Source of the DNA: a virus
Taxonomy: Duplodnaviria; Caudoviricetes
Direction: 5' to 3' (one strand)
DNA length: 30,867 bases
IMG/VR virus record: IMGVR_UViG_3300037313_000148
Coordinates: 1 to 30,867 of that record
Position 1 is the stretch's first letter. Each line of letters opens with the position of its first letter. A program made the translations under genes and the position numbers. Below are positions 1-6,623 of the stretch, one piece after another. The notes beneath the pieces were generated by a model. That model saw only the letters and a list, made by a program, of their open reading frames with translations, was not told the origin of the DNA and ran no database searches.

Positions 1-194
1 CGACGCCAGTCTTCCCGCTCCTGCTCGACGCCCGCGACCTTCTCGGCCCACGCGGCGTCACGAGCAGCGAGGATGCGGTTCACGGTGATGAAGACGGCCT
101 CGCAAGGCCGCAGAACGCCGTCGTTATAGGCGGCGTACACGTCAGCCTCTTCCACTTGGGTCAGCGCCGGGGACTCGGGGGTCTGGGCGTTCAC
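1..194 (-). CDS. hypothetical early protein, runs off the window edge (partial)
   Basis: GTG at 194 overlaps the stop of 191..400 (GTGA) with AAGGAGGAG upstream; frame VNAQTPESPALTQVEEADVYAAYNDG... is open to position 1. Confidence 0.6.
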   Translation of the reverse strand, partial: MNAQTPESPALTQVEEADVYAAYNDGVLRPCEAVFITVNRILAARDAAWAEKVAGVEQEREDWR

Positions 195-400
195 GACTCC
201 TCCTCCTTGGGCTGCTGGTCGAGCGCCCACGCCGCCACACAGCGCCAGTCACAGAAGGCGTGCGCGTTGTCTGGCACGGCGTTGAACTGAGGGCTGTGAT
301 GGCCGACCGTGATCTGTACGCCAGGAAGGGCGGCCAGGTCCATGCGGCCGTACTGGCTGATGGACTTGTCGCAGCGGGTGCAGTGGACCTGTACGTTCAC
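191..400 (-). CDS. small Zn-binding protein (CxxC ... FCxxxC), 69 aa
   Basis: GTG at 400 coupled to the upstream stop; VNVQVHCTRCDK...HAFCDWRCVAAW; SD-like GGAG upstream. Confidence 0.65.
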   Translation of the reverse strand: MNVQVHCTRCDKSISQYGRMDLAALPGVQITVGHHSPQFNAVPDNAHAFCDWRCVAAWALDQQPKEEES

Positions 401-906
401 GACTCCAACTCCTTCACTGCGGCCTCGATCTCGGCGCGACGTGTCTCGTCGGCGGTTTTCCACTCGGCCCTCAACGCGTCGATCTGGGCGGCGTTCGGGT
501 TGGGTGCGGGCTCGGGCGCCACAGGCAGCGGGTCCACGTTCCACGAGCCGCCCTTGCCGCGCTTGACGATCATCGGAACCGCGGTGCGCTTCTCGATGTG
601 CGAGAGCCGGCTGATCCGCACGCCGCCAACACGATCCGGGCCGAACATCACGTCGGGGTCGCAGTACAACTCCACCTGACGCCCTACCCACACCTTGGCG
701 TTCTTGCCCCAGCAGTGAGCCAGGACGCGCAGCATGCCCTTGCTGGGCCGCCACACGCGCGGGAACTCGGCCAGCCTGACGTTGACCGGCTGCTCGGCGT
801 TGTTCTCGCCGACGTCGGTGATGGTGAAGATGCGCGGCGGGGAGCCCAGCAGGTCCACCGCGTCGAGCTGGTCGCTCTTGGGTGCGATTGCGTTGGAGAC
901 GTCCAT
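397..906 (-). CDS. conserved phage protein adjacent to exonuclease; putative ssDNA-binding/annealing protein
   Basis: PKSDQLDAVDL...EQPV...WRPSKGMLRVL...WG...VGGVRISRLSHI, a family I recall beside YqaJ exonucleases; function inferred from position only. Confidence 0.65.
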   Translation of the reverse strand: MDVSNAIAPKSDQLDAVDLLGSPPRIFTITDVGENNAEQPVNVRLAEFPRVWRPSKGMLRVLAHCWGKNAKVWVGRQVELYCDPDVMFGPDRVGGVRISRLSHIEKRTAVPMIVKRGKGGSWNVDPLPVAPEPAPNPNAAQIDALRAEWKTADETRRAEIEAAVKELES

Positions 907-907
907 C

Positions 908-1582
908 TCAGAACACCAGTCCTAGGTTGTTGTCGCGTCGTTCGGTCGTTGCCAGTCCGTTCGTCCGGGCCAAGTAGTCGCTCGTCATCTGCTGTGCAGC
1001 ACGCTCGAACTCGATGCACGCGTCGGTGATCGCGTCGTGCCACTTCTCGTCGGGCAGCACGCGCTTGACGAAGGGCGGCATGTCCTCGCAGATGCTGATG
1101 AAGTCCAGCCACTTGCGGCCGGACACGAACAGTCCCGCCTGGCACTGAGCCATGTAGGCGGCCGGCACCTCATCGCGCAGAATCGTCAGCAGGTGCGTCT
1201 TCTGCCTCGGCGCCTTGACCTCGATCAGCCCGTCGTCGCCAACGAGTCCGTCGGGGGAGTAGCCGAGCTTCCAGCCGCCTGCATCAAGGACCATGAATCC
1301 GACCTCGGTGACTGGCGCATGGTTCTCGGCGTACCAATCGCGGGCGACCGGTTCGAGCTCAACCCCGCGCCACATGTCGTCGTTGGTGTACGTCGGATCG
1401 GTCCAGCCGGTGATCCGCTCGGCAACCAGGCTCGCGACGATGCCGCGAGACGTGTCGTTGTCGGCGACCTTGAGCGTCGGCGTCAGCAACTTGCCCACGG
1501 TCGAGGCGGTCACGATGCCGCGACGGAGTGCTTGCCAATCGGGCGATCGCTGGACGACGTTCGGGTATTCGGCGAGTGTCAT
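908..1582 (-). CDS. YqaJ/lambda-exonuclease family recombination exonuclease
   Basis: QRSPDWQALRRGIVTAS, MWRGVELEP, YSPDGLVGDDGLIEVKAP (PD-(D/E)xK), YMAQCQ. Confidence 0.92.
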   Translation of the reverse strand: MTLAEYPNVVQRSPDWQALRRGIVTASTVGKLLTPTLKVADNDTSRGIVASLVAERITGWTDPTYTNDDMWRGVELEPVARDWYAENHAPVTEVGFMVLDAGGWKLGYSPDGLVGDDGLIEVKAPRQKTHLLTILRDEVPAAYMAQCQAGLFVSGRKWLDFISICEDMPPFVKRVLPDEKWHDAITDACIEFERAAQQMTSDYLARTNGLATTERRDNNLGLVF

Positions 1583-1998
1583 GCGACTGCCCCCGCGCGA
1601 CGATCTCGGTAGCGCCGCGCAGCCTCACGCACGCACGCCCGACATATCCGCACCGGCTTCCCGCGCACGCCGATGCTCACGCGAGTGTTCTCCGCGGTGT
1701 ACTCATGGCCGTTCTTGCATTCCTCGCGGAGAGATGCGAGTCGGCTGACAGAGACCCCGCGATTCCAGTTCTCAATAGGCGTAACAGCCTCGAGATGCTC
1801 CGGGTTGATGCAAGCCCGCACACGACATAGGTGGTCGATATGAAACCCGGCCGGGATCGGCCCATAGGCCTCCTCATATGCGCGTCGATGCGCCATGATC
1901 CCGCCAGGCATTCCGTACCCGTCGTGCGAGATCCTTCCGGGCCAAATAAGGCATCCGTTCTCGTCCGGGGTAAGGGTGCGCCAGTCAATCTTTTTCAT
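1579..1998 (-). CDS. HNH endonuclease (HNH_3-like) with C-terminal Zn ribbon, 139 aa
   Basis: ATG at 1998; GCLIW...GYG...AHRRAYE...IDHLCRVRACINPEHLEAVT...N; CKNGHEYTAENT...RICRAC. Confidence 0.9.
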   Translation of the reverse strand: MKKIDWRTLTPDENGCLIWPGRISHDGYGMPGGIMAHRRAYEEAYGPIPAGFHIDHLCRVRACINPEHLEAVTPIENWNRGVSVSRLASLREECKNGHEYTAENTRVSIGVRGKPVRICRACVREAARRYRDRRAGAVA

Positions 1999-2144
1999 CG
2001 CCGCATCCCCGCCTCCCGGTCGGCCGCATCCAGCTCGGCCTGCGGGTCGTAGTGGTGCCTGTCCTCGGCCGCGAACTCCGCGCGGCCCTCGCAGAACGTG
2101 CAGTCCTCGGGGTCCCTGCAGCCGCGACCGAACGCGCACCTCAC
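1995..2144 (-). CDS. small Cys-rich protein, 49 aa
   Basis: GTG at 2144, 4-nt overlaps at both ends; VRCAFGRGCRDPEDCTFCEG... Confidence 0.55.
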   Translation of the reverse strand: MRCAFGRGCRDPEDCTFCEGRAEFAAEDRHHYDPQAELDAADREAGMRR

Positions 2145-2461
2145 GCCGACTCCCCGAGGTAGGCGCGGGCAAGCACGAGTGCTTGGCGATGGCCCAAGGC
2201 TTCGGCGCGGGAGGTCTTGGCGTAGACGGGATCCGACACCGGCCACGCCTCCGCAATGGCGTCCAGCATGTTTGCCACGGCGAGCGCGACGGCCGGGCTC
2301 CATGAGGCGATGTGCGGAACCTCGTCTTCATCCCAGCAGTCGGCTAGTGATGCCTCCGTATGCCACGGCACTTCTTCGCCCGTCGCCGTGAAGACCGAGC
2401 AGGCGTCCAATGCCCGCTCGCGCATCTTCGCGGCTGCACGTCGCAGCAGTTCGGCACTCAT
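2141..2461 (-). CDS. hypothetical actinophage early protein
   Basis: 106 aa, ATGA coupling, AAGGAG SD; MSAELLRRAA...HIASWSPAVALAVA motif. Confidence 0.75.
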   Translation of the reverse strand: MSAELLRRAAAKMRERALDACSVFTATGEEVPWHTEASLADCWDEDEVPHIASWSPAVALAVANMLDAIAEAWPVSDPVYAKTSRAEALGHRQALVLARAYLGESA

Positions 2462-2622
2462 GACGACTCCTTGGCGCGAGGCTTCCGGCGAAGCTCGAAC
2501 GTGACCTCGGCGGTGACGTTCAGCGCCTTGAGGGCGGCGACGAGGGCCGCATAGGTCTGCGGAAGGATCTCGTCGTGATAGGTCACGTTGATGTGGTTGG
2601 TCCTGCCGCCCTGGCCACTCAT
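2458..2622 (-). CDS. hypothetical protein, 54 aa
   Basis: ATG at 2622 with GGAGG SD, coupled at both ends; MSGQGGRTNHINVTYHDE... Confidence 0.65.
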   Translation of the reverse strand: MSGQGGRTNHINVTYHDEILPQTYAALVAALKALNVTAEVTFELRRKPRAKESS

Positions 2623-2858
2623 GACGCCTCCAGGGCCGTGTTGAGCGTGACGACCTCGTGCAGAGCCAACATCAGCGTTGCATCCTCGGGACTGTCTGCG
2701 CCGATCTCCCAGCCGCACACGCACCGAGCGACGTGGGTGTAGCCGTCGATCAGGGCGTCGACCGAACGCTCATTGCGGCGCTCGATGGCCCGGTGCCAGA
2801 AGAAGCCGACGACCACCAGGCCTAAGAGGTAGAGGCCCGCGAGAACATGGAGGCTCAT
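2619..2858 (-). CDS. membrane-anchored small protein with CxCGW Zn-finger-like motif
   Basis: N-terminal hydrophobic helix LHVLAGLYLLGLVVVGFFW; ARCVCGWE...H. Confidence 0.7.
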   Translation of the reverse strand: MSLHVLAGLYLLGLVVVGFFWHRAIERRNERSVDALIDGYTHVARCVCGWEIGADSPEDATLMLALHEVVTLNTALEAS

Positions 2859-3340
2859 CGGATCTCACCCCCGTCCACGACGCCCCAGATCCGCTCAACA
2901 TGCGCACGCCCGCTCATCCGCGGAACGAATGCCTCGGTGGCCTCGTAGACCGGCGCGGGCTCTTTGGCGGCAGCAGGGCTTGTGATGTCGGAGTTGTGGC
3001 CGCGGATCGTGGGCATGGCGAACGTGTCCTTCTTCTGCTGCTCCAACACCTCGCGTGCCAGACGAGCAAGCTCCAGCTCGGACCTCAGGTGCGTGGCCTC
3101 AATGCGCTTGAGGGTGGCCGAGTCAGCCGTGCGAGCCAGGGTCTCGTTCAGGCTCGTGATCTTGGCGTGGGCTCGGACGAGTTCAAGGGTGCGACGGTGG
3201 CGATCCCTCGTGACGCCAGCGAGTTCGGCCTCGGTTGCGACAAGGGTCCTGCGGGTCTCGGGCAGCGTGACGAGCCATGCCCAACCCGCAGCGAACGTGG
3301 CGAAGGCGAGCAGGATGGCGAGGGTGTAGATGGCGGTCAT
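2855..3340 (-). CDS. membrane-anchored coiled-coil protein, 161 aa
   Basis: ATG at 3340; TM segment IYTLAILLAFATFAAGWAWLV followed by a heptad-rich helix. Confidence 0.7.
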   Translation of the reverse strand: MTAIYTLAILLAFATFAAGWAWLVTLPETRRTLVATEAELAGVTRDRHRRTLELVRAHAKITSLNETLARTADSATLKRIEATHLRSELELARLAREVLEQQKKDTFAMPTIRGHNSDITSPAAAKEPAPVYEATEAFVPRMSGRAHVERIWGVVDGGEIR

Positions 3341-3864
3341 CGGGCCACCGCCTGGCCGTCGATGTCGACCTCGACGCACGCGCGCACGACCTTGGGCGCC
3401 TTGCATTTCGCGGTGCCACCAGGGATCGGGCGCAGGTCGGCCAGCTTGACCCCGACCGCGAGGAACTTGGTCGCCTCAGGGTTGTAGGCGAGCGCCTGCG
3501 TTGGGGTCGGCGAGAAGTGCAGACCGCCGCCACACTCGTTGTCGTCACGCCAGTCGGGTGCGGATGGCTTGGCGCCGGGGGAGTAGTCGAAGCCGTAGTC
3601 CGTCGTCCAGGCGTCATTGACCGCCTTGTAGACCGTGGCGACGCCGGCCTTGCTGACCTTGACGCCGTGGTAGTCGGCCCACCCGGCAGGGTCGGACATG
3701 GGCTTGCTTACGTCGATGATGACGCCGCCTACCGTGGCGCTGCCGGTGGCCGCGACCGTGAGCCAGACGCCTTGAGGAGAGCGGATCTCGATGTCGCCGA
3801 ACTTGCCAGCGAGCGACGCCAGCGCAGAGTCAAGCTCTGCCTGTGTCTTGACGGTGATGCTCAT
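3337..3864 (-). CDS. conserved phage protein with YKAV...CGGGLHF domain (DUF7666-like), 175 aa
   Basis: ATG at 3864 with AAGGA SD; VYKAVND...DWRDDNECGGGLHFSPTP...KCKAP. Confidence 0.75.
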   Translation of the reverse strand: MSITVKTQAELDSALASLAGKFGDIEIRSPQGVWLTVAATGSATVGGVIIDVSKPMSDPAGWADYHGVKVSKAGVATVYKAVNDAWTTDYGFDYSPGAKPSAPDWRDDNECGGGLHFSPTPTQALAYNPEATKFLAVGVKLADLRPIPGGTAKCKAPKVVRACVEVDIDGQAVAR

Positions 3865-3879
3865 GCGTATCCTTGTCTG

Positions 3880-3926
3880 TGAGACGAAACGAAGACCCCG
3901 ACCGGCGCGCTTGCCGATCGGGGTCT
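3880..3926 (-). terminator. intrinsic terminator-like hairpin within the early operon
   Basis: Arms 3893-3906 and 3913-3926 (one G-U pair on the minus strand) followed by TCGTTTCGTCTC; second hairpin at 3945-3980. Confidence 0.65.
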
Positions 3927-3983
3927 GTCTTGTTGTGGTGCTGGTTCCTGCCCGCGCCTTCCCCAAGTCGCGGACAGGAAGCG

Positions 3984-4085
3984 CTAGGTGGCGTCGGGCT
4001 CGTGCTGGCTGATGTACGTCGGGCCGAGCGGCGGGTCAGGGGTCACGGCCGGGTGGTCGTGGTCGTTCGGATGTGCGTCAGGCAT
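3984..4085 (-). CDS. 33-aa microprotein
   Basis: AAGGAG SD before ATG at 4085; MPDAHPNDHDHPAVTPDPPLGPTYISQHEPDAT. Confidence 0.4.
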   Translation of the reverse strand: MPDAHPNDHDHPAVTPDPPLGPTYISQHEPDAT

Positions 4086-4230
4086 GGCTGCTCTCCTTGC
4101 AGATGCACGCCGGTGGTTCTCGCTTGCAGGCCGCGCAACGTGGAGGCGTGGTCTTGAGGGGCCAGCGGGTCTTGCGGCGCGTCTTGCGGCCACCGGGATG
4201 CTCGGGCTGCATGAGGCGCTCGGTGTTCAC
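4078..4230 (-). CDS. 50-aa basic Zn-finger microprotein (not in ORF track)
   Basis: GTG at 4230 overlaps the upstream stop; VNTERLMQPEHPGGRKTRRKTRWPLKTTPPRCAACKREPPACICKESSHA. Confidence 0.55.
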   Translation of the reverse strand: MNTERLMQPEHPGGRKTRRKTRWPLKTTPPRCAACKREPPACICKESSHA

Positions 4231-4445
4231 AACTCGGCGTCCTTGATTGCCTCGCAGACCGCATCCACGAGCGCAGCAGCCTCAGCGCGGGTCAGGCCGA
4301 CCTCGACGTTGCGGACACTGAGGAACACGCGGCCCGCATCGCCTGTGACGCGAACGTGATCGGTCACGACGGCTGAGTCGGTCCACGGCTGGCCGACCGC
4401 CTTGGCGCGCTGGGTGTTGAGTTCGGCGACAGGCAAAGTGGTCAT
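4227..4445 (-). CDS. hypothetical protein, 72 aa
   Basis: ATG at 4445 (ATGA overlap); MTTLPVAELNTQRAK...LTRAEAAALVDAV. Confidence 0.7.
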   Translation of the reverse strand: MTTLPVAELNTQRAKAVGQPWTDSAVVTDHVRVTGDAGRVFLSVRNVEVGLTRAEAAALVDAVCEAIKDAEL

Positions 4446-4912
4446 GGCTTGGCCTCGTAGATCTTGAGCGGGCCGAACTCGCGGTGGAACTTGGGCGAGC
4501 TCCACTCGCGGAACAGGACGCCGAATGCCGAGTTGCCTACGCGTTCCCATCGGCCGCAGCGTCGGGGTGTCGGAACCCACTGCGAGTCGTTCTTGTCGAA
4601 CACCTTGACGTCGCCGGTTGGCTCGGGCGGCATCGGCGGCTCGGGGTTGTCGAGCTCGTCGGCGAGATCCCGAAGGTTGTCGCTGATGAGCGATTTCATG
4701 CCGCCTCCGCCATTCACGGCGAGACGAAGGCGCTTGACCAACTCAACATCCTCGGCCAGTGCGCGCAGGGCATTCGGAAGGGTGTAGAGGGGCTCGGCGT
4801 GGTGGGCGTTCCATAGGCGCGCGCCTTCGCGCGCGCGCTCATCGCTGAACGTGAAGGTCTTTCCGAGGTGGTCCTCGACCAACCACGCATCAGGAGCCTT
4901 GGGCGCGCTCAT
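4442..4912 (-). CDS. hypothetical protein, 156 aa
   Basis: ATG at 4912 with GAGG SD and ATGA overlap; MSAPKAPDAWLVED... Confidence 0.7.
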   Translation of the reverse strand: MSAPKAPDAWLVEDHLGKTFTFSDERAREGARLWNAHHAEPLYTLPNALRALAEDVELVKRLRLAVNGGGGMKSLISDNLRDLADELDNPEPPMPPEPTGDVKVFDKNDSQWVPTPRRCGRWERVGNSAFGVLFREWSSPKFHREFGPLKIYEAKP

Positions 4913-5112
4913 CCGCCGCACCTCTCGCAAGGCAAGTCCCGGAGATCGACGCAGACGACGCAAGCCCGGTCCTCATCAACTGGACCAAACTCCGCCGCAG
5001 AGATGTCCTTACCGCATAGGCCGCGGTCGACGTCGCACTCGCAGTAGATGTGATGCAAGTCGTCGCCGCCAGTGTCCAACGGCGAGGCGGCAGGCAGGAG
5101 TTCGGTGCTCAT
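4909..5112 (-). CDS. Cys-rich Zn-binding protein, 67 aa
   Basis: HIYCEC...GLCG...CVVC...PCERC; coupled at both ends. Confidence 0.75.
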   Translation of the reverse strand: MSTELLPAASPLDTGGDDLHHIYCECDVDRGLCGKDISAAEFGPVDEDRACVVCVDLRDLPCERCGG

Positions 5113-5375
5113 CGCGACACCAGCGGCCAGTTGTGAGCCCCGATCCGCGTGTCCGTCGCGTAGAGCTTCCGACGACGCGGCATGTGCTCGGCCTCAGCGA
5201 ACTCCTCGCGAGTCGCGCATTCGGCATCGAGCAGACGCGCCTGGCGATCGGCGAGGGCATCCACGTCAGCCGCAACCTTGCGGGCCGCTGCTTCCGCACG
5301 CTTGCTCGGGCGGGGGGTGCTCAAGTCGGTGAGCATGCCGTTGGTGTCGGGCGCGATGCCCGGAGGTGCGCTCAT
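5109..5375 (-). CDS. hypothetical protein, 88 aa
   Basis: ATG at 5375 with GAGG SD; MSAPPGIAPDTNG... Confidence 0.6.
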   Translation of the reverse strand: MSAPPGIAPDTNGMLTDLSTPRPSKRAEAAARKVAADVDALADRQARLLDAECATREEFAEAEHMPRRRKLYATDTRIGAHNWPLVSR

Positions 5376-5584
5376 TGCCTGTTCCTCTCGATGTACCGGA
5401 TCGCGGCATCCATCGCCCGATCGAGTTCGGGGGTGCCGGCGTTGAGATGGAGCAACTGGCCGAGCAGGTGGCTCGAGGCGTCGCGCATCTCGTCGTAGGA
5501 CAGACCAGCGGCGTCCTGGCGCTTGTGCCACTCGTCGACGGCGCTGGTCATGAAGTCGGTGGCGCGGAGGTTGTCGGCGGTCAT
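5372..5584 (-). CDS. hypothetical helical protein, 70 aa
   Basis: ATGA coupling at both ends. Confidence 0.65.
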   Translation of the reverse strand: MTADNLRATDFMTSAVDEWHKRQDAAGLSYDEMRDASSHLLGQLLHLNAGTPELDRAMDAAIRYIERNRQ

Positions 5585-5781
5585 GCGTCGGCCAGCCCGT
5601 CGATGTAGGCCTGCAGCGACGCAGCGGGGATGACCCAGACGCCGACAGGGTTGCCATCCGGGTCGACCTCGGACTTCTTGGCACGAAGCCGACCCGAGCC
5701 GATCGCGGCCTTGATCTTGGAGGTCGACAGGCCGGTGGCGTCCGCTGCGCCCTTGAGGCTGTAGGCGATGGGGGCGCTCAT
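5581..5781 (-). CDS. xis: excisionase-like winged-helix DNA-binding protein
   Basis: IAYSLKGAADATGLSTSKIKAAIGSGRLRAKK...WVIPAASLQAYI (HTH_17/MerR-like pattern); directly after cro. Confidence 0.75.
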   Translation of the reverse strand: MSAPIAYSLKGAADATGLSTSKIKAAIGSGRLRAKKSEVDPDGNPVGVWVIPAASLQAYIDGLADA

Positions 5782-5981
5782 GCCGCCGGCGCGATCAGGT
5801 TCGGGAGCGGGATGTCGAGCACGTCAGCGATCTGTTCGAGCTCGGCCATCTTGAACGCGGACGGGCGAACGAGCCGCCGCGTGAGGGTCATCCGAGGGAT
5901 TCCCGACTGTTCAGCCAGGGTGGCTACCGAGAGGCCGTTGGCCCGCATCAGCGCCTCGATCCGAGTTGCGATGTGCTGCAT
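5778..5981 (-). CDS. cro: Cro-like Xre HTH regulator
   Basis: RIEALMRANGLSVATLAEQSGIPRMTLTRRL...ELEQIADVLDI; divergent from the repressor. Confidence 0.88.
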   Translation of the reverse strand: MQHIATRIEALMRANGLSVATLAEQSGIPRMTLTRRLVRPSAFKMAELEQIADVLDIPLPNLIAPAA

Positions 5982-5988
5982 AAGGAGG

Positions 5989-6018
5989 ACTCTATGCCGC
6001 CCAACTGGGCATAAGCAA
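5989..6018 (-). promoter_or_regulatory. early lytic promoter, leaderless cro transcript
   Basis: TTGCTT (6018-6013) - 18 nt - TAGAGT (5994-5989), 7 nt before ATG at 5981; no SD. Confidence 0.7.
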
Positions 6019-6131
6019 CGACCAAACGGGCGCGATTTGAAAATGGCCCGTTTGGGCTATGTGCAATAGCCGGTCGTGACCGTCTGGGCACACAGATGGC
6101 CCGACCGGTTGACTACGTGCACAGATTGGGC
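5999..6131. promoter_or_regulatory. repressor/Cro operators, 12-bp quasi-palindromes related to GCCCRnnYGGGC
   Basis: GCCCAACTGGGC 5999-6010, GACCAAACGGGC 6020-6031, GCCCGTTTGGGC 6046-6057, GACCGTCTGGGC 6078-6089, degenerate CACAGATTGGGC 6120-6131. Confidence 0.8.
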
Positions 6132-6136
6132 ATACT
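6109..6136 (+). promoter_or_regulatory. repressor promoter, leaderless transcript
   Basis: TTGACT (6109-6114) - 16 nt - CATACT (6131-6136), 7 nt before ATG at 6144. Confidence 0.65.
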
Positions 6137-6143
6137 GGTTCGC

Positions 6144-6422
6144 ATGAACGCCCCTTCCCCGTCGCCGCTCGGGCGAGAGGTGATCAACGAGATCAACTCT
6201 CAAGCGGGCGAGCGCCGCCTCAGCATGAGGCAGCTCGCGCTACGCGCCGGCATCGGCTACCGCTCGGCGCAGCGCTACCTCAACCTTGACGCCAAAGACT
6301 GGCGGGAGTTGACCGTCGGGAACCTAGAGCGCTTCTGCGACGCGCTCGGGCTCGATTACGTGGTTCTCGTCGACAACGCTACGAAACGCCTGGAGAAGCG
6401 CGCCAGGGCTGACCGAGAGTAG
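6144..6422 (+). CDS. immunity repressor, Xre/CI-type HTH, 92 aa, no peptidase domain
   Basis: LSMRQLALRAGIGYRSAQRYLN...LTVGNLERFCDALGLDYVVLV; divergent from cro, near int. Confidence 0.85.
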   Translation: MNAPSPSPLGREVINEINSQAGERRLSMRQLALRAGIGYRSAQRYLNLDAKDWRELTVGNLERFCDALGLDYVVLVDNATKRLEKRARADRE

Positions 6423-6479
6423 GCCGGACACCGCCTCGATCTGCTTGATGGTGAGCGCTGCCATCGGCTGGTCAGTCAT
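6324..6479 (-). CDS. 51-aa ORF antisense to the repressor 3' end; putative anti-repressor (not in ORF track)
   Basis: GGAAGGG SD 9 nt before ATG at 6479; MTDQPMAALTIKQIEAVSGLLSVSPGALLQAFRSVVDENHVIEPERVAEAL. Confidence 0.5.
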   Translation of the reverse strand: MTDQPMAALTIKQIEAVSGLLSVSPGALLQAFRSVVDENHVIEPERVAEAL

Positions 6480-6592
6480 TGTTGCAACCCTTCCAAGTCC
6501 CCACGAATGCGGACAGTTAAGCCCCTCTCTGGCGCGCGGGGAAGGTCCCTGGTAAAGACCACTAGATCGGACTATGCCTGGTTGCCTGAACG

Positions 6593-6616
6593 GGTGTAGT
6601 ACACCGGCCCTAGCGT
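6593..6616 (+). promoter_or_regulatory. palindromic operator plus -10 box of RHH1
   Basis: GGTGTA-G-TACACC at 6593-6605; TAGCGT at 6611-6616, 7 nt before GTG at 6624. Confidence 0.65.
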
Positions 6617-6623
6617 GCGATGA

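Noticed and set aside
6096-6143. Longer 108-aa repressor starting at 6096
   Set aside because: The extension overlaps the predicted promoter and operator; ATG 6144 fits a leaderless start
5982-6623. Actinobacterial LexA box (TCGAAC-N4-GTTCGA) controlling induction
   Set aside because: No convincing match seen by eye in either intergenic region
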